This document shows positions 52,501 through 64,000 of a stretch of 64,000 bases of DNA, one piece after another. The stretch is from NCBI RefSeq assembly GCF_001194135.2, contig NC_068995.1, positions 704,659 to 768,658 on the forward strand, in the 5' to 3' direction. The notes under the pieces were generated by a model. That model was not told where the DNA came from. It saw only the letters and a list, made by a program, of their open reading frames with translations, and did not search any database. The translations under genes were made by a program, and so were the position numbers. The DNA comes from Octopus bimaculoides. Lineage: Eukaryota. The stretch's first letter is position 1; each line of letters opens with the position of its first letter.

Positions 52501-53113
52501 TTATTCCTTCAGTATATATATANNNNNNNNNNNNNNNNNNNNNNNNNNNNNNNNNNNNNNNNNNNNNNNNNNNNNNNNNNNNNNNNNNNNNNNNNNNNNN
52601 NNNNNNNNNNNNNNNNNNNNNNNNNNNNNNNNNNNNNNNNNNNNNNNNNNNNNNNNNNNNNNNNNNNNNNNNNNNNNNNNNNNNNNNNNNNNNNNNNNNN
52701 NNNNNNNNNNNNNNNNNNNNNNNNNNNNNNNNNNNNNNNNNNNNNNNNNNNNNNNNNNNNNNNNNNNNNNNNNNNNNNNNNNNNNNNNNNNNNNNNNNNN
52801 NNNNNNNNNNNNNNNNNNNNNNNNNNNNNNNNNNNNNNNNNNNNNNNNNNNNNNNNNNNNNNNNNNNNNNNNNNNNNNNNNNNNNNNNNNNNNNNNNNNN
52901 NNNNNNNNNATATATATGTATATGTATGTGTGTATGTATGTATGTATGTATGTATGTATGTATGTGCGTGTGTGTGTGTGTATATATAAAGTCGTATTTG
53001 ACACGTTCGCGTGCATTAGGACGTGAGAAACCTTCGGCTGCGGAGGTAGTCCCAGAAGAAAATTCCCCTCGTAAACAGGTGTTGAAACATATGTTCAGCT
53101 GTAACTGACGTCA

Positions 53114-53171
53114 TTGGCTCGTAGGACGTATGCATTTCTGCGTTTATCGCTTCATCAGCTACGAACACCAA
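53114..53171 (-). ncRNA. Type I hammerhead-ribozyme-like motif
   Basis: Minus strand ttgg-tgt-TCGTAG CTGATGA a-gcg-ataaa-cgc-a GAAA tg-cata-c GTC CTACGA-g-ccaa: catalytic core, stems I, II and III, and a GUC cleavage triplet. Confidence 0.6.
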
Positions 53172-53941
53172 ATCCGTCACTCGCGGCCCATGATACAAGT
53201 GCAGAGTGCAGAATGTCAGAACGTCGTTTGACAGACAAACAATCAACCATTCCTGTAGAGATGTCGAGTGTGCATGTGTGTGTACGCGCGCGTGAGTGAG
53301 TGCGTTTTTGTGTGTGTGTGTGTGTGTGTGGTATATGTGTGTGTGTGTGTGTGCATGCATGTATATATAGATGGATGAATGGATGGACGGTACTATATAT
53401 GTGTTCTTATAACATATGCATATATGTATATATGCATGGATATATATATGTATATATATATATATTTACTTAGATGTAAATTAACAGATAGATGGAAGCA
53501 TAAACAAAGAGACAAGTAGGCGGAATCTGACTTGGATGGACAAACTAAAACGAAGACAAATACACACGCTCATAAACACACACACACATACATACATACA
53601 CACACACACACGCGCGCGCGCACATAACTTTCCATCCACAAGCACCAAGCTGACTGAGATTCAGACAGATAGCAACATAAAAATGGATGTGATGTGACCA
53701 TTGATGCTACTTCCTCCGGAAGTTGAGGGCGTCGGAAGTGAATAAAGAAGGGTCTTGTTATGGTGGCACAGTTAAACAGTCTTTATTATGTCAAGTCCCA
53801 CATATCAACCTTCACCTGCTGTTCTATTCTAACCTTGTCCTCGTTATGTGATGTAGATTATATTATCGTTGCTGCTGTTTAGGCTTTTACGTGATGGTGT
53901 TACACCATAGAGTCGAAAGCTGTTTTATCTTTCTTTCTCTC

Positions 53942-53996
<55 letters not shown>

Positions 53997-54318
53997 NNNN
54001 NNNNNNNNNNNNNNNNNNNNNNNNNNNNNNNNNNNNNNNNNNNNNNNNNNNNNNNNNNNNNNNNNNNNNNNNNNNNNNNNNNNNNNNNNNNNNNNNNNNN
54101 NNNNNNNNNNNNNNNNNNNNNNNNNNNNNNNNNNNNNNNNNNNNNNNNNNNNNNNNNNNNNNNNNNNNNNNNNNNNNNNNNNNNNNNNNNNNNNNNNNNN
54201 NNNNNNNNNNNNNNNNNNNNNNNNNNNNNNNNNNNNNNNNNNNNNNNNNNNNNNNNNNNNNNNNNNNNNNNNNNNNNNNNNNNNNNNNNNNNNNNNNNNN
54301 NNNNNNNNNNNNNNNNNN

Positions 54319-54385
<67 letters not shown>

Positions 54386-55048
54386 ATTTATCTATATCTC
54401 TATTTAGCTATCTATTTATCAGTCTCTCTATCTACGTCATTCTATCTAGCTAACTATATATCAATATAATATACTATGATGGAAGTTGTAAAAAAGTCGA
54501 TGCTAAAAAATGGGGGAGGAAAGACGCCGAAAGGCAAAATGACGCAAATATCCGACATTTCCGAGCGAACTTTAACTGAATACAAAAACATCCACAACAA
54601 CAACCACAACAAATACAACATCAAACAACAATAAAAACAATAGCAAAACCCAAAAGCAAAAAATAAATATAAGTACATTGAGGGAAAAACAAACAATATG
54701 GCTGCTGATTACATGTGCAAAGTGTTAAAGCGTGAAATGCAGTGACCCCCACGTTCAGCGGAAGTGAGAAAAAAATGTTGGCTTACATAGTTTAAGAATG
54801 GCGGATAGTTTAAGGGTATTGAATGACAATGATAATTCACTGCTGCTGCTGGCGGCGGCGGCGGCTGCGGTTGTGGTGGGGGGGGGGCGAAGGGAGAGAT
54901 GAGTTTTGATGTATAGGAGTGTTATAATTAGGGGCGAAAAGAGAAATTCACAAGTAATTAAGGGAGGAAAGAAAAAAAAATATGGGAAGGATATTAAAGT
55001 AGATTTGGCATAGATACATACGTGTGAGTGTGTGTGCGCGTGTGTTTG

Positions 55049-55092
<44 letters not shown>

Positions 55093-55332
55093 CGCGCACG
55101 CACACATACACATACACACACATGCAATTAAATATACATACATCCAGTGGCCTTTGTCGTTTATTACAGATGGTCTGAGCTGCAACCAGAGATATATTAT
55201 ATAACATAGTCAGGTAAGCAAGTGCGCATGTATCTCCATACACACACACACACACACATATCTCTACATAACGAATAGACAGAGCTGCGAAGATTAATTG
55301 CCAAGGAAAGGATACAGAGCAAACACGGTGAA

Positions 55333-55393
<61 letters not shown>

Positions 55394-56409
55394 TTGTGTG
55401 TGTTTGTGTGTGTATCCCTGTGTGACATGAAAGGAATTTAACAAATTAAGGCCAAAACAGGTTTTGTGGAAAACTTCGATGTAAATCACGTCCAAATTCT
55501 CAAGTTCTTGGAAGAAAGGTGATTGTACACTTCCCACAGTGTGTTTAACGCACGCGCGCTTGTGTGTATATGTGTGTGTGTGTGTGTGAGTGTCTTTTTC
55601 CTTTTGGTTGGGTGGCAAATACACGAGCCTCTGTATGTCTGTATGTATGTACGCATGTGGTCCGTGTGTGTATGTCTATGTAAGTGTGTGTTCCTGTGGA
55701 CTTAACATATGTACTAATATATACATGTCTCTCTCTATATATATATATACGTATGGATGGATGGATGCAAATGTGTGTGTTTAGTCGTGTGCTTGTAGAT
55801 GTGAGTTTCTTCAATTTCATCGTTTTAATTTTCTTATTCAATAGAGAAAGGTGACACTCACGCGCACACGCTCACACACACACATACACACACATTTCTA
55901 AAATGTCCAACTCCCGTTGCTGTAGACTTTATATTCTGATGTTAATGCATGTGTGAAACTAATTTAAGCAAGGTTTCCTCCAGTGACACGTTGAAGAGAA
56001 AAATAACACTTTAGTGTTGTTTAGTGTAAAGAACTATTGCCAAAATCTTTGCTCCATCAATGTAATGACACGTTATCGGGCCGGACCTCCTGCGCAAAAT
56101 GAACTTTTACTTTCTCCGTGACCTTTCGGCAATCTTTTGGGTGGCATACTTAATCCATAATGTATCCAGTTTAACAGTATTATTTGGAAGGTGGGATATT
56201 TTTGTGGTGTTCACTCGATTGCAGACATTCGACTCTCTAGAGTAAGAATGACTTTTTATCCCTTTCCTCACTGAGCCCCCGGAACTACAAAGGGTTTCCT
56301 TTGTAGCATATTTTCGTTCGAATCTACCGGAATACAATAAGAATAAATGTGAAAACTACCGCTTCGGATCCCCCTCTCTGTACACACTGCAAATAACGAT
56401 TGAGAAACT

Positions 56410-56720
56410 GTGCACAGTTGTGGAAATTAGCTACTCAGCGGATGTTAACATAAATCTGAAGATCAGTGAAAAAGAGAACACCTATGCTGAACTAATGAGA
56501 AATCTGCAGTTACTCGATCCAGATTACGCTGCAACACAATTTCTTTTGTTCTACAGGCCCTGCCCTATTAAACATTGTCCCGAAACAGATCAAAGAGGAA
56601 AAGGATCGCATCACCTTTAAACGGAATCTGGACGAATTTCTTCAAGGAATACCAGATAAGCCACTTATACCCGGATACAACTCCTTCAACAAGAACTCCC
56701 TACTCGAATGAACCATAATA
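56410..56720 (+). mobile_element. Adjacent LINE fragments (REL-type segment, then CR1/L2-like 3' end)
   Basis: EISYSADVNINLKISEKENTYAELMRNLQLLDPDY, followed by GPALLNIVPKQIKEEKDRITFKRNLDEFLQGIPDKPLIPGYNS. Confidence 0.55.
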
Positions 56721-57105
56721 CCACAAAACTTGACTTAAAAAGAGAAACACAACGCATCAATCAGACATTTTAACCGAAATGTCTTATTGATGCGTTGTGT
56801 TTCTCTTTTTTTTTCCCCTGATGGGAAGATTGCATTGTTTTACATCATTTTATTCCTTCTGGAATAATATCAATGTTTTCTTCGAAACAGATATCGGAAG
56901 TATAAAAATTTGAATAACACCTGCGTTTAACTCCATTTATTTATTTATATATGTTATCCAAGAACATTTCACTAAACCCTGGAATTTCCTCCTTTATAAA
57001 TAAGCTGTTACATCTTTGGTACTTATGCGAATTTTTGCTACCCTGGTAACTATTTATTTATTTTTTCCGTGTTATTTGTACACATTGAAAAAATACACAT
57101 ACATT

Positions 57106-57161
<56 letters not shown>

Positions 57162-57177
57162 CGCGCGTGTGTATGTA

Positions 57178-57217
<40 letters not shown>

Positions 57218-57399
57218 TGTGTGTGTATATACACATACACACATACAACACATACGTATATATATATATATATATATATATAGATAGATAGATAGATAGA
57301 TATATATATATGATGGTGACCCTAATAAAATAATTGAACTCCGTACATATCGTAAAGTGAAATATTCATGTTGTAGAAGACAGCGTTGATATTAACTCT

Positions 57400-57830
57400 C
57401 CATCACTATGCAACAGAAGAGTTGTCTTACTGTAATAATCTTTAGAAAGATGAACAGAAGTGACCATATTGGAGATAAGATATCATTTACAAATTAAACC
57501 TAGAAACCGATCGGAAATATTATGTCGGCATGGTGAATGGTAAATTTAAACACCGCTATATCAAACTTACTTCCACTTTTCAGAAATATATAAAAGATGA
57601 ATAAAAACGAATTTGTCAATAACATTTGTACATTGAAAGAACAATACACTACACTGAATATGCAACGGAAAATTTCTTGAAATATGCGAGTATAAAGAAA
57701 TTCCTGAAACCTGCGAACGCTGTAATTCTGGAAATCTTCATATTTTTAAACATTGATAAATCTATTGATTTCTGATGTCGGATGACAGATTTTAATAATT
57801 GCATACACTTTTAGAACTAATTGCAAATGA
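57400..57830 (+). mobile_element. Penelope-like element GIY-YIG endonuclease fragment (decayed)
   Basis: Reads KYYVGMVNGKFKHRYIKLTSTF...TNLS, resembling YxGxTxxxFKxRxxxHxSxF...TxLSK. Confidence 0.55.
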
Positions 57831-58461
57831 ACGCGCTTTGCTGAATTTATATCTTACACAGCGGTGGATCCTAAAAGCATTCATGTGGTTACGCAATGTT
57901 TGTTATTCTTAATTTAACCTTTTACATGTTTAACAAATTGATATTCCCAAACATCTAAATCGAAAGGAGGAAACAAACCCACAAAATATAAATATAATGT
58001 AAGAAAAATGTGACTCAAAGTGCTAACATTGGAGGCGTGATGCGAGAGCGCCGACCTAAATGTTTCAGAAGGATTAGTTTCCTAGTATTAACTTTCAGTC
58101 CCACCCTGGTGGCGTCTTTTCGTTAAATTATGCTGATCAATGAAATTAATACTAGTAATATAATGAGGGCTGCTAAAGTTTGTGTAACACCACTAGCAGA
58201 AACACACACACACACACACACACACACACTATTATGTATACTAACAATACATAGATGCGGTGGGGGTGGGTATTTGTAAGCGTGGGTGTGTATGTTTGTT
58301 TGTATTTGTGCGTGTGGGTGTGTCAGTGTGTGTGCGTGTGTCTGTGTATATATGAATATAAAATAAATAAAAGCAAAAGAACAATTACCAAAAACAATCT
58401 AGAAAAAAAAGAGAAATACAGAAAGAAAATATGACGGAATAACAGCCAATGAAAGAAGGAA

Positions 58462-58531
<70 letters not shown>

Positions 58532-58961
58532 AAATGAAACAAAAGACAAAAGAAAATTTTAAAAAAGAAATGAAAATGATAGAATGAAAAATGGTGGAAG
58601 CAGAAAGTGAGAAGGAGGAGAAGTAATTATTCTTTAGACTGAACCAATTCTGAGAACTTTTCAGTTCTACAGAAGACTGCATTAGATTTTTAGTCTCTCT
58701 CTAGAAAATTAAGTTTTCTAAAAACAGAACTTAGTCACATCACGAAAACCATTTGTTAAGCAGTGATCCACTGTCTCGAAGTCTTCTATTTTTACCTTCA
58801 GGGAATGGTTTGGTGGTGCCTTCGTATATTCTAGAATATATTTCTTCGTATTGTTGAGGGAGGATAATATTCTTGGAACACGAGGCTTGTCGTCTTGTTT
58901 TCTTGTCTTATTTGTTTTCTTTGTTATGGAGAATATAAATTAAATTTTGCATGTATATACC

Positions 58962-59014
<53 letters not shown>

Positions 59015-59429
59015 ATGTATACAAAGCTGGAGGCGTTTTTTGTGAGTGTAAATTACAAAGCGTAGTATGATAGTAGGCTCCTTGTCTAAACATATACATG
59101 TATCTGTATGTTATATATACATACGCGTATAATATATTTACATGTGAGTATGTGTGTGCATGTGTGTGCGTGTGTAAACAGCTATATGAGCGCTTATGTG
59201 CATGCGCGCATGTCCGTTTTGGGGCGTTACAGAATAAAAGACACACACACACACACGCACATATAAATAGACAGACACATATACGTATGTATCATGTAGA
59301 GGGTGTGATGGATAAGTTTTCGCCATTTTATCTTTTTAATTTCGCGCATGCACATCGTTTGCTTTCGATTTTGTCGACTACACAGCATAGTAGAGACAGC
59401 TGGGCACCGTCTGTGAGAATAACAGCACC

Positions 59430-60040
59430 ATGACGCAATTCACTCAGCCAGGAATTTAGAAACGACATGCTGTACTGCTTGACATTCGTGTCGGAAGCTC
59501 CAATGCGAACATTTCAGAGTGTTTGGGTGTCAATCTGAGGACATGGACCGAGGATTATATAAATCAAACATCCAGTCAACATCATGGTGTTTGGAGTGAT
59601 CACTAGTGATGGCAACGTTATGCCTCAATTCATCTTCCCACACGGCCTCAGACTCAACACGGAGGCCTACATCAAGTGCCTGGAGGTGGTAGTACTGCCC
59701 TGGGTCAAGAGAGTGGCTGCTGGAAGATCCTATGTCTGGCAACAGGACTCTGTACACAAGCAGAAGAACCCAGCCATGGCTATCAGACGATTTCTGCGAC
59801 TACATCACCCTTAACATCTGGCCACCTAACTCCCCAGACTGCAACCCCCTTGACTATTATGTATGGGGCGCAGTTGAGCGAGAGAGCAACAAAACTCCTC
59901 GTAACACCAAAGATGGACAGACGGAAAGGATTATGACAGCATTCACCAAGTTAAGCAAGGTGACTGTCCAGAGGAGTTGCAAGAGATTCCGAAGTCGTCT
60001 GGAGACCATGGTTGAAGCTAATGGCGATTTTATTGAATAA
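59430..60040 (+). mobile_element. Tc1/mariner-superfamily transposase relic (maT/DD37D-like), internally deleted and frameshifted
   Basis: The N-terminal HTH-like start (MTQFTQ..RHAVLLDIRVG..ISECLGVNLR) is joined directly to HPVNIMVFGVITSDG...YVWQQDS and WPPNSPDCNPLDYYVWG...EANGDFIE*. Confidence 0.9.
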
Positions 60041-60869
60041 ATTTACTCTTTAGTATTTCAAGATATTTCCATTGAATCAACGATGGCGAAATAACAGCGC
60101 AATCTTCCTCATATCAGAACCCACTTTAAAAAAATGAAGCAACCTTTGAGGATGCAATCGTTAGTTTACATTCTTCGATTCTCAGTTAAATTCCTTCGTT
60201 TCCCCATTTAATTGAATCGTTAATTTTCAACAATTTTCAAATATTTAATAACTCAGCTCATATGAAATCCACATGGGTGATCACGGCTGGATCTTGATTA
60301 CCAGATCCGGTTGACTTAGGGTGGTATTTCTTCTAGGGTGGGGAAGCCCCTGCAATGCGGGTAGACAAATAGTCAAGTTTAATAAAATTACAAACACATG
60401 TCATTAGGTTAACATATGTTTGTAATGGGAACAATATTTCTGGGGAGACTTGTTCAAATAATGTTGTTCTGTGGTTTTGACTGAAAGGATTTTGAGAAAG
60501 AAAAATAAACGAGCTGGGAATTGAAACCATATCAACACAATTAACTCAAGAGTAACAATAATTATTAGAATAGTTAAAGAAAGCAAAATATTAGTTTAGA
60601 ACTTAATAAATACATCCAGGATTCTGAAACTCGCTTTACAACCACTTTGTTTCGGGTTCAATCCCACTGCGCGGTTCCTCGAGCATATATCTCCTATTAA
60701 TCTGAGCCAACCAATGCCTTTTCAATAAATTTGGTAGACAGGAAGTGTGTTGCAGTCCTACACGCACACACACACACACACACACAAAAACACACGCACA
60801 CATATCATTGTATCAACCACACAATTGGATGTTGTTAAACATCCCTGGTTACAATATGCTTCCAGTTCT

Positions 60870-61480
60870 GTCTTGATTGCACCATCTTTTTTCTATCTTG
60901 GATAGAATCCGTTAGTTAAATTGTTTTCCTGTCGACATGGAGATTTTCCGAGTGGTCTTTTCCAATCTCATGGATACCACTCGGGAATTGCACAGGTCCA
61001 ACTGTTGTCTGTGAACCTTGTAACATGTTCGGTCCAGCGAAACTTTTGAGCTTCTGATATTCTGTGGACACGTCGTTCACTCTGCTCTGTTACCGAATTT
61101 TCTCGTTTCCGATATAATTTCACAAGGTTACTCTTAACATGGATCTTACCATGGCTCTTTGCATCGTGATCAATCGATATCCTTCACTCTTCCCTAATAG
61201 CCCGTGTCACATTTGTATGAGAGCGCAAATAGGACGGTGCTATTGAAGAGTCTGGCCTGTATGTTCTTGTCCAGCTTTGCTTTTGAGCACATTCTTTATT
61301 GAGATAAAAACCTACCGTCCTGCCCCTATACTCTTCGCAGTTTCAGCATCCCCACCTTAGCGTATATTCATTGTGTGCTCCAAGTAACGTACTCTTTTAC
61401 CTCCTCAATTTCATCGCTTCCAACCTTTACAAAATGATTTCGAGAACTAAAGATTGACGAAGGAGATGCATGCTTCAGAG
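60870..61480 (-). mobile_element. RTE-clade LINE 3' fragment
   Basis: The minus strand reads RISEAQKFRWTEHVTRFTDNSWTCAIPEWYP*DWKRPLGKSP, a decayed KWRWAGHVAR..DxRWT...W.P...KRP.GRP motif. Confidence 0.7.
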
Positions 61481-62269
61481 CAAAGGAAAAGTCTGCAAAG
61501 TTAAAGGAGAATGCTGGTACCCTAGGGGACAGCATGGTCGTTGTCTAGTGAGTGAATGAAGTAAAAGAAAAAGATTGCTAAATGCACACAGTTGAAAAAT
61601 CACTAAAAGAGAAAATATATTATTTGCAGAAAATTGAAAGTCATGTGATGCAGTGGATACCGTCAGAGTGTGAGGAAGATGGGAGGCTGAAGAGCGGCAG
61701 CGAGACAAAAGGTGTGAGGGGGGATGAGAAGGAGGGAGATGTAACAGGATATTATGACATAATGAATTGCTTTGTTTTTCTGGAAAAGTCATGCACAAAC
61801 GACAAACGGTAGGTTATTTTAATGACATAAGGGATTTCGTTTGTATTAAATATTTTAGAATTATAATCTAATGCCCGACATTTATAAAATTCTATTCTAA
61901 AATATAAAAATATTCCAAAGCTATTATTTTAAACAACTTTGTATGCAACAAATTTCTTCCCTCTTTTCCCGTGATATGAATATAGTCAAACTTCAACAAA
62001 CATCTGACACACGAGAAAAGGGCAACATAAGACCGACCATGTGAGAATACTGACTTTGATAAATACAGGGCAATTGTGTTTTGATTTTATTTTTATATTT
62101 CATTTTTATTTCAAATGATTGCCCTCGTGTTACGGTCGTTGCAATTGCAAATGTAATCGGAAACTTTCATGTCCACAGAAAAAAAAAATAGGCGAGACTT
62201 GGAATAAACATAACTTCCGGTGACGAAAACTGTTATTTAGAATATTTGTTTTAAAGATTTTGGGGTCCA

Positions 62270-62720
62270 GGCGCGGGCATGGCTGTGTGGTTAAGAAGGT
62301 CGATTCGTAAACTCGTAGTTTTGAGCTCAGATCATTGTGCAGCATCTTCGACAAGTATCTTTTACTATAGTGTGAGTGAATTTGGTAGGCAGAAACTGTG
62401 CGGAAGTCTGTCGTATACACACGCACGCAGGCACACGCAAACATGCACATACATATATATCAAAGTCTTCAGAGTGAATTTCGTAGGCAGAAACTGTGCG
62501 GAAGCTCATCATATACGTGCGCGCGCTTGTACGTATTTGTTTCTCTCTACATATGATGTGTATTTTATGTCTGCATAACTTATCGGTTTGACAATAAGAT
62601 TCCGATAAAATAGATACCAATCTTTGAAATATGCTGAGTTTAGTCGATCATATCGATAAGATTGTCTAAACGCTCGAAGACACTGCTCCAGCATGATCGC
62701 AGTCCAATAACTAAAACAGA
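62270..62720 (+). mobile_element. tRNA-derived SINE with internal duplication
   Basis: Head aggcgcgggcatggctgtgtggttaagaag; gtgaattt..taggcagaaactgtgcggaag occurs twice; tail ctgctccagcatgatcgcagtccaataactaaaac. Confidence 0.75.
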
Positions 62721-63168
62721 TAATTGAATACAAATATAAAACAACTAAATGAATACCTTTACACGTTCCATTTGTTTAAGTAGACGTGCGTACAAGAATG
62801 ATAAGAGCAATCACTCTATAACTGCATTATGTGTAATGGCAATTCTGGTATATTCAGGGCAGTAAAATATTCTCGTGTCAGAATTAAAGCACAGAATATT
62901 TATATATATATATATATCTGTCTATTGATCTCTCTATCAATCTACTGACCTTACCTATCTCTTGACCTATTCATCTATCTATGTGCATGTAAGTTTCGCA
63001 TATAGTTTATTCTTTTAATGCACTGATTTCACTCTGTATTCTTCTCATCTTTCTTTTTGAAGAAGTACCAACATCTGAAACGTTAAGACTTCACTCACAA
63101 ATTTCAAATACGGAGATGTACTTGCATAGCAAGTGACTTGATATGAGATCGTGTGCTGAAACAAAAAC

Positions 63169-63362
63169 AATTGCAGCGTGGAAGGTGTTTATAAGCCGTT
63201 TAAAAACACACAAAAATGATGCAGCACTAAGTTTTGTCAGTGAACCGGTTGCGCTTTTTAAAGAGACAAAAATATTTTTACACAAATTAAATTTAAATGT
63301 TGAAGTGAATTTAACATTGTGTGTGTTTTAAATGGCTTATAAATACCTTCCACGCTGCAATT
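63169..63362. mobile_element. MITE-like element, about 195 bp with 44-bp inverted repeats
   Basis: aattgcagcgtggaaggtgtttataagccgtttaaaaacacaca and tgtgtgttttaaatggcttataaataccttccacgctgcaatt. Confidence 0.75.
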
Positions 63363-64000
63363 CTTTATATATATATATATATATATTATATTATATAAAT
63401 TAGATATGTTTCGATCAAAGATAGGCCATATCTAAGTTGATAGCACCACCTGAATGAATATTCGTGTATTCATTCCCATCACTAGCGTTTTCCGCATACA
63501 AATAGTATAAAAGACACAGTTGAATCACAAGATGAAAACTGCAACAACTACAAATATAAATATATTCATACATAAAATTGCTTTGTGCATTGAATCAGTA
63601 TTTATTAAACTAGAATAAATACAATACGAATCACAATCGACCAGTTGTAGTGACGGCCATCTTGTAAGCTCACTTCCATATTGAAATGGAGGAAGACATT
63701 TTTAGAAAAATATATAAATAAGAAATATATAAATAAGTAAATATATAATTAAAAAAAACAAACGCATTTATTAACAATAACAAGAACCTAAAGTGAAATT
63801 AAAATACTTGAGAGACAAAAGGAAAATATATATAACAAAAAGATGTAGATACAAACAAAATGGAAGCTTTCGTATTTGTGTATGCATGCGTATGTGTGAG
63901 CGTGTGTGCGTGCATATGTGTGTCAGTGTTTGAGTGTATGTAGACATATACCCGCACAAATATACGTATGAATATTTATATGCATATATACATATATATA

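Noticed and set aside
53016-53270. Minus-strand ORF ending ...RGIFFWDYLRSRRFLTS
   Set aside because: No recognisable homology; the island is better explained by the hammerhead-containing element it overlaps.
726-63959. Most long ORFs in the supplied track ([24 protein letters not shown], poly-X)
   Set aside because: They are translations of (TA)n, (CA)n and (GA)n microsatellites and N gaps, not genes.
1-64000. CRISPR arrays, rRNA, operon-like or prokaryotic systems
   Set aside because: None seen. The window is eukaryotic intron-rich DNA, and the regularly spaced repeats are intronic duplication units rather than repeat-spacer arrays.

Overview
AT-rich, microsatellite-dense animal genomic DNA from a draft assembly with many N gaps. 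The SINE family and repeat landscape look like octopus or another cephalopod, which is an inference from remembered repeat families and not a database result. Nearly all entries in the supplied ORF track are artefacts of microsatellites and N runs. On the + strand are the last two exons of a filamin gene (17743-17934 and 18986-19173), encoding hinge 2 and the C-terminal Ig/dimerisation repeat. Upstream, at 1344-10167, is an array of six homologous 12-18 nt microexons. Each has AG/GT boundaries, preserves the frame, fits the phase-1 junction of the filamin hinge-2 exon and sits in its own copy of a duplicated intronic unit. This array is the main discovery candidate, although its linkage to filamin is inferred from strand, position and phase only. 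A second, unidentified gene converges on filamin from the - strand (exons 20399-20473, 24921-25015 and possibly 26303-26407). The rest is mostly transposon debris: tRNA-derived SINEs, RTE, R4/Dong, L1/Tx1, CR1-like and Penelope-like fragments, an internally deleted Tc1/mariner element and MITEs. Other points of note are a type I hammerhead-ribozyme-like motif (53114-53171, -), a hairpin element with divergent tRNA-like arms (15459-15848) and a possible antisense first exon (10826-10927, -). Boundaries of transposon fragments are approximate.
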